Assembly: GCA_965214635.1 (NCBI GenBank)
Contig: OZ243964.1
Span: 1,011,575-1,075,574 of the forward strand
DNA length: 64,000 nucleotides
Direction of reading: 5' to 3'
From: Dehalococcoidia bacterium
GTDB taxonomy: Bacteria; Chloroflexota; Dehalococcoidia; Lucifugimonadales; JADFKI01
Shown here: positions 7,158 to 15,674 of the stretch, piece by piece
Position numbering within the stretch: position 1 is the stretch's first letter
Layout of the letters: every line of letters begins with the position of its first letter
Translations under genes and position numbers: made by a program
The notes under the pieces: model-generated
What the model saw: only the letters and a program-made list of their open reading frames with translations
Told to the model about the DNA's origin: nothing
The model's database searches: none

Positions 7158-9175
7158 GCTGGATTCCCTGAGATGATACTATTCAATAGCCCTTCGCTTT
7201 CCTGCTCCAATGCCAGAATATCGGCCCGTATCTCTTCCAGAGGACGCATGGGTTCTGGCTTGTAGAAGTGGCGGTTGAAGCTGATTTCGTAGCCGATTTT
7301 CACTTTGTTCGGGTTGTACCAAGCATCGGCGGCATAGGGCAGCACCTCACGGCGTAGGAAGGCTTCGATGCCGCTATCATACAGCAACGGTATCTGCTCG
7401 GTGTCCCGCAACTGCGGGTCCGGCTCGTACTCCACGACTGCGGGCTTGCCCTCGATGGTGGCGGAGAATAACCCGTTCAGCGGAGCGGCTTTGGCGCTCT
7501 TGCGGTGCGCTTTCTTTATGACCGGCGTTGCGTCCTTGTCCCGTGTTCCGGTGGAGCGAAGTTGCCTAATCTCGGCAGCTTTATAGACTTTTTCCGGGGC
7601 TGTGCCTTTGATTCGCAGTGGTCTATCGACGGTAACCTTCCAGTAGCCGAAGGCGGCGTTGGGAAAGATTTTGGACTCCGCCGTTTCCTCGAAAGCCAAG
7701 AAAGTGTCGGTGATGCGCTCAATGTCGGCTGGCGACAACTCGCAGTTCTTCTGCCCCAAGTTCTTGCGTAGCGGCGTGAACCATCCTGTGGCGTCAATCA
7801 GCTGTATGCTGCCCTGCCGATGGGACGGTTTGCGATTGGTGAGCACCCAGATGTAGGTGGCGATGCTGGTGTTGTAGAACATATTGAGAGGCAGTGCGAC
7901 GATGGCTTCCAGCCAGTCGTTTTCGATAATCCAGCGGCGTACATTGCTTTCGCCCTGTCCGGCGTCGCCGGTGAACAGGGAACTGCCGTTATGGACTTCG
8001 GCGATGCGGCTGCCCAATGGGGTGTCAGGCTTCATCTTGCTGAGCATATTGGCGAGGAACATCATCTGCCCGTCGCTGACCCGAGTAGCCAGGGAATACT
8101 CAGGGTCATCGGCGTGCTGTATAACGAACCTGGGATCGTTCATCCTTGTCCTGCCGCCCATGCGGTCGCGGTCGGTCTTCCAGCTCTTGCCGTAAGGCGG
8201 GTTGCTGAGCATAAAGTCGAAAGTTTGGGTCTTAAAGGCGTCGTTGGACAAAGTGGAATGCTGGGGGCCGCCGATGATGTTGGCGTCCGCGCCCTGCTCG
8301 CCTTTGAGCAGCAGGTCAGCCTTGCAGATAGCGTAGGTCTCAGAGTTGACCTCCTGCCCATAGATGTGAGTTGACACGGATTTGCCGCGCTGCTCCGCCA
8401 AGCCCTGAAGCGTCTGCTCGGCGATGGTGAGCATTCCGCCGGTGCCCAAAGCGCCGTCGTAAAGCAGGTAGGTGCCTGATTGAATATGGTCGGCAACCGG
8501 ACGGAAAACCAGTTGCGCCATTAGCTCAACGGCATCGCGCGGCGTCCAGTGCTCGCCGGCTTCCTCATTGTTTTCCTCGTTAAATCGGCGCACAAGGTCT
8601 TCAAATATGGTGCCCATGGCGTGGTTATCCAAACCGGGAAGCCGTACCGAGCCGTCTGCGTTCAACAACGGCTCTGGGCTGAGGTTGATATCCGGGGATA
8701 GGAACCGCTCGATGAGAGTAGCGAGAGCGTCGCCCTCCGACAGGCGGTTGAGCTGGTTGCGGAACTCGAACTTTTCCAAGATGTCTTGGACATTAGGAGA
8801 AAATCCGTCCAAGTATGCGGTGAAATCGGATTTGAGCTGCTGCTGCGACGCGCGGGACGATAAATCCCTCAGGGTGAATGGCGAGGTGTTGTAGAAGGCT
8901 TGTCCAGCAATCTGTTGCAACACGCTGTCTTGTTCCAAGATGACGGCATCGTCAAGCCACTGCTTTTCTGCCAAAACTTTCTGCTTGGTAGGCTCCAGCA
9001 CGGCGTCGAGGCGGCGTAGAACGGTCATAGGCAGGATAACATCACGGTATTTGCCGCGCACATACAGATCTCGGAGTATGTCATCGGCGACGCCCCAGAT
9101 GAAGTTGGAAATTCGGTTGAGTTGGGAGTCTTGCATGGATGCCCCGAATGAGCGTCTCTTAAGCACAACCGCCAC
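7154..9175 (-). CDS. hsdM: type I restriction-modification DNA methyltransferase subunit HsdM (long form)
   Basis: N-terminal HsdM_N-like FIWGVADDILRDLYVRGKYRDVILPMTVLRRLD, the LSNPPYGKSWK (NPPY) catalytic motif, and a C-terminal IGYEISFNRHFY tail. The likely true start is ATG 9136 (MQDSQLN). Confidence 0.9.
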   Translation of the reverse strand: MAVVLKRRSFGASMQDSQLNRISNFIWGVADDILRDLYVRGKYRDVILPMTVLRRLDAVLEPTKQKVLAEKQWLDDAVILEQDSVLQQIAGQAFYNTSPFTLRDLSSRASQQQLKSDFTAYLDGFSPNVQDILEKFEFRNQLNRLSEGDALATLIERFLSPDINLSPEPLLNADGSVRLPGLDNHAMGTIFEDLVRRFNEENNEEAGEHWTPRDAVELMAQLVFRPVADHIQSGTYLLYDGALGTGGMLTIAEQTLQGLAEQRGKSVSTHIYGQEVNSETYAICKADLLLKGEQGADANIIGGPQHSTLSNDAFKTQTFDFMLSNPPYGKSWKTDRDRMGGRTRMNDPRFVIQHADDPEYSLATRVSDGQMMFLANMLSKMKPDTPLGSRIAEVHNGSSLFTGDAGQGESNVRRWIIENDWLEAIVALPLNMFYNTSIATYIWVLTNRKPSHRQGSIQLIDATGWFTPLRKNLGQKNCELSPADIERITDTFLAFEETAESKIFPNAAFGYWKVTVDRPLRIKGTAPEKVYKAAEIRQLRSTGTRDKDATPVIKKAHRKSAKAAPLNGLFSATIEGKPAVVEYEPDPQLRDTEQIPLLYDSGIEAFLRREVLPYAADAWYNPNKVKIGYEISFNRHFYKPEPMRPLEEIRADILALEQESEGLLNSIISGNPA

Positions 9176-9305
9176 TCATTCCGGCGGTGTCCACTGTTCC
9201 GCATCTGATGTCTCGGTTTTGGGACGCATTGTTATTGCCTCTATTGTAGCATCCTGACAGATTGTGCTTAAGTAAAATTTATGTCGGTGGTACAGTCGGA
9301 ACCTA

Positions 9306-9575
9306 GGTAGCGTTTCCATTCAGGTGGTGTATGGCAGAAGCCCCCGGCGTTGCAGCAGTACCCGCAGGTTGTGATGCGTCCACGCCGTACCCATTCGCTC
9401 CAGACGCCTTATCTCGCGCTGAAACCGCTCCAACCGAGATGTGGTCCTGTATCTAAACTGCTAGTACCCAGATGCGCCAGTCCTTTACCCAGCGTCTTCT
9501 TGCACCAAATCAGCCCACGATTACCCGTCAACTTCATTATCCGAGCAACCAACTTCCTTGCCTCAGGCAAGTCTT
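9306..9575 (-). mobile_element. one-ended partial IS copy (terminal repeat plus ~250 bp of transposase 3' end)
   Basis: Positions 9306-9327, GGTAGCGTTTCCATTCAGGTGG, are identical to the terminal repeat of the IS at 12316. The following ~250 bp align with 12338-12578 with many substitutions and a short indel. Similarity stops about 28 bp before the E2-E1 stop codon. Confidence 0.8.
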
Positions 9576-9602
9576 AAAGCAGTCTAATGTGAGATAAAAA
9601 GC

Positions 9603-11030
9603 TCATTGGGATGTGTGTGCGTACGATGTTGGCACAGAAACCCTCCCGATTTGGTCAAATGGAGGCTCCAGAATGGCCCGATAGACATCAACTACTTCAT
9701 CAGAGAATTCGTGGCGTCCAGTCATTGTATCCACCGTGACTTGCACAATTAAAGAAGCGCAAGCAAGCACCGCCGACGGAGGGGCGTTGTTCACAGGCGC
9801 AGAGCAACCCAATTGAGGAACCGCGAACTCCTCAGATTCGTCTCCAACAGGAATTTCCGGATACCGTGATAGATCCTCACGCTGGTGAATGAGAGTATCA
9901 TCCGGCAGAGCCTGTCGTTGCACCCTACCGATAAATCCCCCGCGGTAGAGCGCCCCGGAAACCAAGGGCTTCTCTATAGCCCCAGCGACAACTGCCAGCG
10001 AGTAGGTCAGAGCTTCGTTTCCCGTAGTGTCAATAACGATGTCGGCGTCCGCTACGCGCTCGCGCAACTCCATTGGTGTGCGTGCTGGGGGCGACTTCTT
10101 GAAGACACTGACTGTTGTCCATGGCGCATGTGCTTCGATCGCGGCTTTTACCGCGTCCACCTTGGGTTTGCCTACTTGATCGTGTCCAGCGACATGTCTG
10201 ACGACATTGCCCGGCAGCAGTACATCATAATCGACGATCTCTATGGAACCTATCCCGCTCTCGGCAAGTGTCAATGCTGTGTGTCCACCAAGTGCGCCCG
10301 CTCCAAAAACGACTGCTTTGCAACAGCGTAAAGTGGATGCGTCGGCACCTGCCCGAAGAATCAAGGTTTGCTCATCGTTCGGTCCGGGTTGCAACGCTAT
10401 CATCTCCTCAGTGTCTCCTACGCCTTTACACGCCATGACCAGGAGGTCCGTCCTCCCACGCCATTCCCAGCAGAAGAGAATGATGTCAATTCCACCGCTG
10501 GCAACGAGTTCCTGAGAATTCCGCCGTTCTGCAAGCGCCTTCCGGAGTCCCCTGCGCTGCTTTCTCGGTAGGCTAGCTAAAACTTCCGAAAGTTGACGCG
10601 GTGGCGGCGACTTCAATTCGCCCACATGGAACCACATCCCGCGCAGTTCATTCCCCAACCGCTTGCGCCCGGGGAGAATATCCACTCGCATAGGATTAAG
10701 ATTAACCAATCCTCGACAGTCCCCCCAGCCGCCTCTCCGAATACCGAGTGTTGGCAGGTTGAAAATCGCCGCGATGGCGGATTGCGCCTTGAAATTCAGA
10801 AGAGCGTCGAGTCCCAGATCCTGTCCCTCCCAGCCAAGCTTGGCATTCTCACACCATTCTTCAATTCTCGAAAACAGTCCCTCAGCCGTAGTCCATTCCG
10901 GGCTGAAGTCGCCATCCTGCCACAAGCATACGAACCCGTCTAGCGTAGAATGGTTGGTGTTGAGTCCCTGCACGAAAAGGGCGGGCGGTTGAAACGGCCA
11001 TCCAGGCGCAATATAAATATCCATCGCCAC
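9603..11030 (-). CDS. Cap2-like fusion of an E2 (UBC-like) domain and an E1 (ThiF/MoeB adenylation) domain; N-terminus disrupted
   Basis: E2 core IAPGWPFQPPALFVQG...HSTLDGFVCLW (HxxxxGxxC). E1 Rossmann VVFGAGALGGHTALTLAESGIGSIEIVDYDVLLPGNVVRH, with a later GCSAP Cys. The ORF starts at GTG just after an in-frame TAG. Confidence 0.8.
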   Translation of the reverse strand: MAMDIYIAPGWPFQPPALFVQGLNTNHSTLDGFVCLWQDGDFSPEWTTAEGLFSRIEEWCENAKLGWEGQDLGLDALLNFKAQSAIAAIFNLPTLGIRRGGWGDCRGLVNLNPMRVDILPGRKRLGNELRGMWFHVGELKSPPPRQLSEVLASLPRKQRRGLRKALAERRNSQELVASGGIDIILFCWEWRGRTDLLVMACKGVGDTEEMIALQPGPNDEQTLILRAGADASTLRCCKAVVFGAGALGGHTALTLAESGIGSIEIVDYDVLLPGNVVRHVAGHDQVGKPKVDAVKAAIEAHAPWTTVSVFKKSPPARTPMELRERVADADIVIDTTGNEALTYSLAVVAGAIEKPLVSGALYRGGFIGRVQRQALPDDTLIHQREDLSRYPEIPVGDESEEFAVPQLGCSAPVNNAPPSAVLACASLIVQVTVDTMTGRHEFSDEVVDVYRAILEPPFDQIGRVSVPTSYAHTSQ

Positions 11031-11038
11031 CGCGTCCG

Positions 11039-11176
11039 TCAGCTCCTAAAGGCCGGGTGGATTGCCCCGCGCCATTTCCGGGCATTGTAGCCATCGATGG
11101 GCCTGAATCCCAACGTCTTCAGATCTGAGATAAATCCCTCAAGCGAGTCCTCGTAAAAGTGTTCCTGTCCAGCCAT
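11039..11176 (-). other. 45-codon ORF encoding the detached N-terminal helix of the E2 domain (frameshift fragment)
   Basis: MAGQEHFYEDSLEGFISDLKTLGFRPIDGYNARKWRGAIHPAFRS* would read straight into ELTDAVAMDIYIAPGWPF if one nucleotide were restored near 11036-11045. Confidence 0.6.
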
Positions 11177-11353
11177 CTTCTACCCAAACCTGCGCGCTTC
11201 ATTGCGTCGCGCTACCGGTATGCCCGAACCAGCAGTAGCGCTCACGCCGGACCTATTGGCTGTGCCGCTCCGAGAGTCGCTTGCGACACTGCGTTCGCTT
11301 CCACTGCTATCAGACGAACCTTATTGCGACAACAAACCGCCGCATCAGAAAAG

Positions 11354-11386
11354 GGGGCAGAGCGAAACGCTCTGCCCCCTTTTTTC
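11354..11386 (-). terminator. bidirectional intrinsic terminator downstream of the LRR gene
   Basis: GGGGGCAGAGC-GAAA-GCTCTGCCCCC is an 11-bp perfect stem flanked by AAAA on one side and TTTTTT on the other. It lies 50 nt after the LRR stop. Confidence 0.75.
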
Positions 11387-11435
11387 CGGCGTGCTAGCCT
11401 TTGTCGCTAGACGCTACGGATGTTGCCGATACCCG

Positions 11436-12329
11436 TCAATCGCAGGACGACAGCCCTAACTCTGCCATGTCGTTGTCTTCCACATCGAACAGCGCCGCAG
11501 GTATGCACCCTGTTATGTCGTTGGAGTGGAGATGCAATACCCTCAGGTTAGCAAGGTTGCCCAACTCAGCGGGTATCGCGCCCGCCAGACGGTTGCGGTA
11601 GATAGACAAGAGATTCAGGTTAGCAAGGTTACCCAACTCTGGTGGTATTGCCCCACTTAATTGGTTGTCATTGAGACGCAACCGCGTCAGGTTTGTAAGG
11701 TCGCCTAGTTCTGCCGGTATCTCACCCGTTAGTCGGTTTTGCGAAAGTGTCAACTTCTTCAGGTTAGCAAGGTCGCCCAACTCAGCGGGTATCTCACCCG
11801 TCAGCCTCGTGTTAATCAGCTCCAACTCTTCCACCCGATCTTTAGCCTCTACCGTGCTTGCCACAGTTACGCCACGCCACTCGCGGATAGAGCGATCTGC
11901 CGACCAATTCAGCACTATGTTGCCATTCGTGAAGGATTCCAGCGCTGCCAGCAGGTTCGTGCAATCCGCCACTAGACCGGGGTTCGAAGCCGGCTCTGGT
12001 ACAGCCGTGCCGCTGGAGCAGGTGGCTTCCGGTGCCGGCGTAGGCGTAGGCGTCGGCGTAAGTGTCGGTGTCGGCGTCAGTACTGGCGTAGGCGTAGGCG
12101 CAGGTGTTGGTGTCTGCGTAGGCGTGAGTACTGGCGTAGGCGTAGGTGTTGGTGTCTGCGTAGGCGTAGGTGTTGACATCGGCGCGCAGAACAACAGGCC
12201 CGTATCTGCCAAATCGTTGTTTCTCACACCAAACAGCGCCGCTGGTATGCACCCCGTCAGGCTGTTGTTGCTCAGCCACAACGATGTCAGGTTAGTCAAG
12301 TCGCCCAACTCAGACGGTAGCGTTTCCAT
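11436..12329 (-). pseudogene. 5'-truncated plant-type LRR protein with PT-rich linker; apparent ATG supplied by the IS terminal repeat
   Basis: [15 protein letters not shown]-type 24-residue LRRs, a [12 protein letters not shown] linker and a Cys-capped module end ([26 protein letters not shown]). The ATG at 12329-12327 lies inside the IS repeat 12316-12337. It is a paralogue of 57197..60166. Confidence 0.75.
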
Positions 12330-13338
12330 TCAGGTGGTCGAAGACAGAAGCCCCCTGCGTTGCAGCAGTACCAGCAGGTTGTGATGCGTCCACGCTGTGC
12401 CCATTCGCTCACGACGCCTTATCTCTCGCTGAAACCGCTCCAACCGAGATGTGGTCTTGTATCTAGACTGACCAGTACTCAGATGAGCCAGTCCCTTAGT
12501 GCACCAAATCAACCCACGACCACCCGTCAACTTCACTATCCGTGCAACCAACTTCCTTGCCTCAGCCAAGTCTTCTGACATCAGCAACTCTTTGGCTTCG
12601 TCCCAGCCCACTTCGCCTATATTGCGCTTGTACTCCCGAAGCTGATGGGCTAGACCATTCCAATGGCCTCTGCTATCGCTCTGTCCCCATCGCTCACTAG
12701 GTGGGCAGGCTGTCTCATCCCACGCTCATAGGCTTCGGTCAGCGTGTCTTCCCAACTCCCGAACGACGCCATCACACCGCCCTTGTCGTCCCGGAACACC
12801 TTCATCTCCTGCTTCCCGCCACGAACACCCACCCACACTCCGTCCATCTCCGACACATCGCCAGTAAGCTCAGGTCGCTCCAACTTCTCCTGCTTGAGCC
12901 ACTTGCACAGGGCGCTCTTGGCGAACCCATACAGATCACCGACCTTGGCATAACTCAACCCCATCGCCGCCAGTCTCACCGCCTCTTCACGCGTTTTTTT
13001 GAGTACGACTTGCGGCGCTCCACATCGCCCACTAGTTCCATACCACTCTGCATATCTCCGCACTTCCCACATCTGAACACGGGCATTGCCAAGTTCACTG
13101 CGCCATACTTGGTGATGAGTGTGCGTCGATAGCTGTGGTGGCGTGCCATCGCTAGGTCGCAGGCTTTGCACATCGGCTTGTAGAGCATCAGCGCATCTTG
13201 AAGCGTGTCTTGTATTTCCTGTGTAACCGTCTTTTCTGCTTGCTCTTCCAGTCGGTATAGCATACCCATTCGTTTCCCCCCTCTGGTAATGGCTTACGCC
13301 TCATTCTACAACTCAACCACCTGAATGGAAACGCTACC
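12316..13338 (-). mobile_element. IS element (~1 kb) with 22-bp perfect terminal inverted repeats and a frameshifted DDE-type transposase
   Basis: GGTAGCGTTTCCATTCAGGTGG at 12316-12337, with its exact reverse complement at 13317-13338. Flanking bases differ (CAGAC vs AACCC), so there is no target-site duplication. Confidence 0.85.
12330..13269 (-). pseudogene. transposase split over three frames
   Basis: ORFs 12976..13269 (Zn-ribbon-like CKAC...RCGKCG), 12650..13171 (HTH-like LSYAKVGDLYGFAKSALCKWL, MDGVWV, VSDGDRA) and 12330..12611 (RLERFQREIRRRERMGTAWTHHNLLVLLQRRGLL). IS family not assigned. Confidence 0.7.
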
Positions 13339-13339
13339 A

Positions 13340-13348
13340 ACCCGCCAG
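13340..13348. repeat. left copy of 9-bp target-site duplication AACCCGCCA of the IS1-family element
   Basis: Identical 9-mer at 14186-14194, immediately outside the IS1 inverted repeats. Confidence 0.85.
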
Positions 13349-13414
13349 GTATTCTCAACATACAGAGATAATGAGTTATAATATGTCATAACATCAAACA
13401 CAGTGAGGTATCTT

Positions 13415-13699
13415 ATGGCCCGTGAACGTACCTATCGCCACGATATTCGCTGCATCGACTGCGGCTCTAACTGGATGCGCAAAAACGGACTAGCGCGCGG
13501 CAAGCAGTCTTACAGATGCGGAGACTGTGGTCGCCGCTACTTCCCAGAGGCTGCATATCACCGCCCCAGCGCTGCCCTCAAGGCACAGGCGGTTAAGATG
13601 TATCTGGAAGGCAGCAGTTTGAGCGCCGTAGGCAGAGTGTTTGGGTACAGCGCCACAGCGGTTCACGGGTGGGTGAAAAAAGGGGGCGTGAGGCATTAG
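13415..13699 (+). CDS. insA: IS1 InsA-like protein (Zn finger + HTH)
   Basis: CIDCGSNWMRKNGLARGKQSYRCGDCGRRYF...AVKMYLEGSSLSAVGRVFGYSATAVHGWVKKGG. Confidence 0.85.
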   Translation: MARERTYRHDIRCIDCGSNWMRKNGLARGKQSYRCGDCGRRYFPEAAYHRPSAALKAQAVKMYLEGSSLSAVGRVFGYSATAVHGWVKKGGVRH

Positions 13700-14178
13700 A
13701 GCGTCTGCGGGAGCGTGGTCGTAGACGGACTGAGGGGGCAGAGGCGCAGCGTGCTGCTGCGGTGGTGTCCTGTGATGAGATGTGGACATACAAGCGTGCT
13801 CGGCGTGCGGAGTTGCGTGAAGATGTGTGGATATGGACAGCAGTGGTAGAAGAGGCTGACGGCAGCAGGTGGGTGGACTTTGAGGTGGGCGACCGCAGCG
13901 AGAGGACATTCTTGCGCTTGTATGAGCGCTTACCGGATGCAGAGTTGTATCGCAGTGATGCATATCCTGTGTATCGGTGGTTTCCTCGCAACCGGCATGT
14001 GGTGGGGAAGGGAGGTGCGGTGAACTGGAATGAGGGGCTGCATTCGGTATGGCGAAGTAAGTTGAACCGATTAGTGCGTCGTACAAAGGGCTACACCAAG
14101 AGCATACAGATGCTGGTGTATTCGTTGGCGCTAGTGTGCTGGCATCGGTGGGTAAAATCCAATATCACTGCATGTTAA
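13669..14178 (+). CDS. insB: IS1 InsB-like transposase frame (expressed as InsAB by -1 frameshift)
   Basis: VSCDEMWTYKRARR...VWIWTAVVE...YRSDAYPVYRWF...NEGLHSVWRSKLNRLVRRTKGYTKS. It overlaps insA at GTGAAAAAAGGG. Confidence 0.85.
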   Translation: MGEKRGREALERLRERGRRRTEGAEAQRAAAVVSCDEMWTYKRARRAELREDVWIWTAVVEEADGSRWVDFEVGDRSERTFLRLYERLPDAELYRSDAYPVYRWFPRNRHVVGKGGAVNWNEGLHSVWRSKLNRLVRRTKGYTKSIQMLVYSLALVCWHRWVKSNITAC

Positions 14179-14185
14179 GAATACC

Positions 14186-14194
14186 AACCCGCCA
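14186..14194. repeat. right copy of 9-bp target-site duplication AACCCGCCA
   Basis: See 13340-13348. Confidence 0.85.
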
Positions 14195-14292
14195 TCCTCA
14201 CTTGACATCCCGCCCAACATACCCTACCATATCCTCATATACGAACATATGTACCTCAAAATCCAGCCACCCCTAACACAAACACCAACGCC

Positions 14293-15363
14293 ATGCTCCA
14301 AACCGCCATCCAAAAACTCACCAACAACGGCGACCTCATCGCACACTTCCTAGTACAAACAATGCTAGGCACAACCCCGCACGCCAAAGTCTGCCACCAA
14401 CTCCAAGCCACCAAACTACTCATCAAATTCGGCTTCACAGACCTAAACACCAACGACATCACACACACCACACCCCAACAACACCCGACAGCACTCCCAG
14501 ACTCCTCCCAAGACCATCAGCAACCCACCACCATAACCCCAACCCACATCCTCAACTACGAAATCGCCCGATACATCCGCCAAGAAACCTCCAACGGCGA
14601 AAACCTCGCACGCTTCCTAGTCGAAATCATGCACAAAGACGAACCCCAATTCTCAACACAAACCATCAAGCCCCAACACCGCATCGCAGCCGCCAAAGAA
14701 CTACTCAACCGCGGCTTCGGAAACCTCAACCCAAACAACACATCCCGCCAAACCACCCTCGACCAGCAAGACCACTCAGCACTACACACAGACCTAGCCA
14801 AACACATCCGCGCACAAACCGGACACGGCATAGACACCGCACGCTTCCTCATAGAAGTCGTGCAAGACGGAGCAAACAGCGGCTTCAAACCCCACCACAG
14901 GCTATCAGCCGCATCCGAACTGCTGCGCCGCGCCTACGACATCCCCTACGAACACATCAGCTGGCAGCACATCGAAGCCTACTACAAGACCCAAACCCCA
15001 CCCGATGCACCCTCCATCGAAGAGCCGTCCCCCACTCTCGCCCCCATCCCCACAGACATCGACCCACTCCAAAAAGCCACAACACCGCTAAACACCAGCG
15101 CCAGCAAACCCAACTACCCCGACACCCCGTTCAATCCCAACGCCGAAACCATCCCCGAAGACACCGACACCCTCACACCCGAAGAACTAGACGCCCTAGC
15201 CGACGCCGACATCGAATACTACGACCCACCCACCGACGAAGAATACGCCCAATGGCTCAAAACCATAGACCTCGCCTACCCCCCAGACGACCAGCCCAAC
15301 GAACTCAACGACCCCATCCGAACCGCACACTCACCCATCCAACCCAACGCCCGCAGCCCATAG
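14293..15363 (+). CDS. hypothetical protein with three ~70-aa internal repeats and an acidic/Pro-rich tail
   Basis: Repeats contain (A/H)(R/H)FL(V/I)(E/Q)... followed by H(R/Q)xxA(A/T)(K/S)(E/L)L(L/I)(N/R/K)(R/F)(G/A)(F/Y). The ORF lies in a G-poor strand where spurious ORFs are easy to obtain, so the repeat structure is the main support. Confidence 0.5.
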   Translation: MLQTAIQKLTNNGDLIAHFLVQTMLGTTPHAKVCHQLQATKLLIKFGFTDLNTNDITHTTPQQHPTALPDSSQDHQQPTTITPTHILNYEIARYIRQETSNGENLARFLVEIMHKDEPQFSTQTIKPQHRIAAAKELLNRGFGNLNPNNTSRQTTLDQQDHSALHTDLAKHIRAQTGHGIDTARFLIEVVQDGANSGFKPHHRLSAASELLRRAYDIPYEHISWQHIEAYYKTQTPPDAPSIEEPSPTLAPIPTDIDPLQKATTPLNTSASKPNYPDTPFNPNAETIPEDTDTLTPEELDALADADIEYYDPPTDEEYAQWLKTIDLAYPPDDQPNELNDPIRTAHSPIQPNARSP

Positions 15364-15411
15364 CCCAACGCAACCAAACACAGCAAACCGCACAAAACCA
15401 AATAAGAAAAG

Positions 15412-15485
<74 letters not shown>

Positions 15486-15674
15486 AAACACACACGCACA
15501 AAAAACAAGATCAGCGTCCACAAAACCAAACGCCAACCTAATTCTATCCCCACACCCCCATCCCGTCAACAATTCCACATCCAAAACTCGCAGCCACACC
15601 AACCCTATACACATAACTCACAAGCAACCACATCAGCTTGAATGCCCATGCCCCATACCCGCACGGACTAAAAA

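Larger units (their letters stand above)
13349..14185 (+). mobile_element. IS1-family insertion sequence
   Basis: Ends GGTATTCTCAACATAC (13349-) and GCATGTTAAGAATACC (-14185) are imperfect inverted repeats. InsA/InsB-like ORFs, an A6G slippery site at 13676-13682 and a 9-bp TSD are present. Confidence 0.9.

Noticed and set aside
9603-11176. Programmed ribosomal frameshift joining the 45-codon ORF to the E2-E1 ORF
   Set aside because: There is no slippery homopolymer or heptamer at the junction (…GCCTTTAGGAGCTGACGG…). A simple 1-nt indel (mutation or sequencing error) is the more economical explanation.
11665-12384. 239-aa plus-strand ORF with a GVGVGV stretch
   Set aside because: It is antisense to the LRR/PT-linker gene, and its G/V repeats mirror the TP codons.
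13490-14086. 198-aa and 132-aa minus-strand ORFs inside the IS1 element
   Set aside because: They are antisense to the clearly conserved InsB frame and have no recognisable features.
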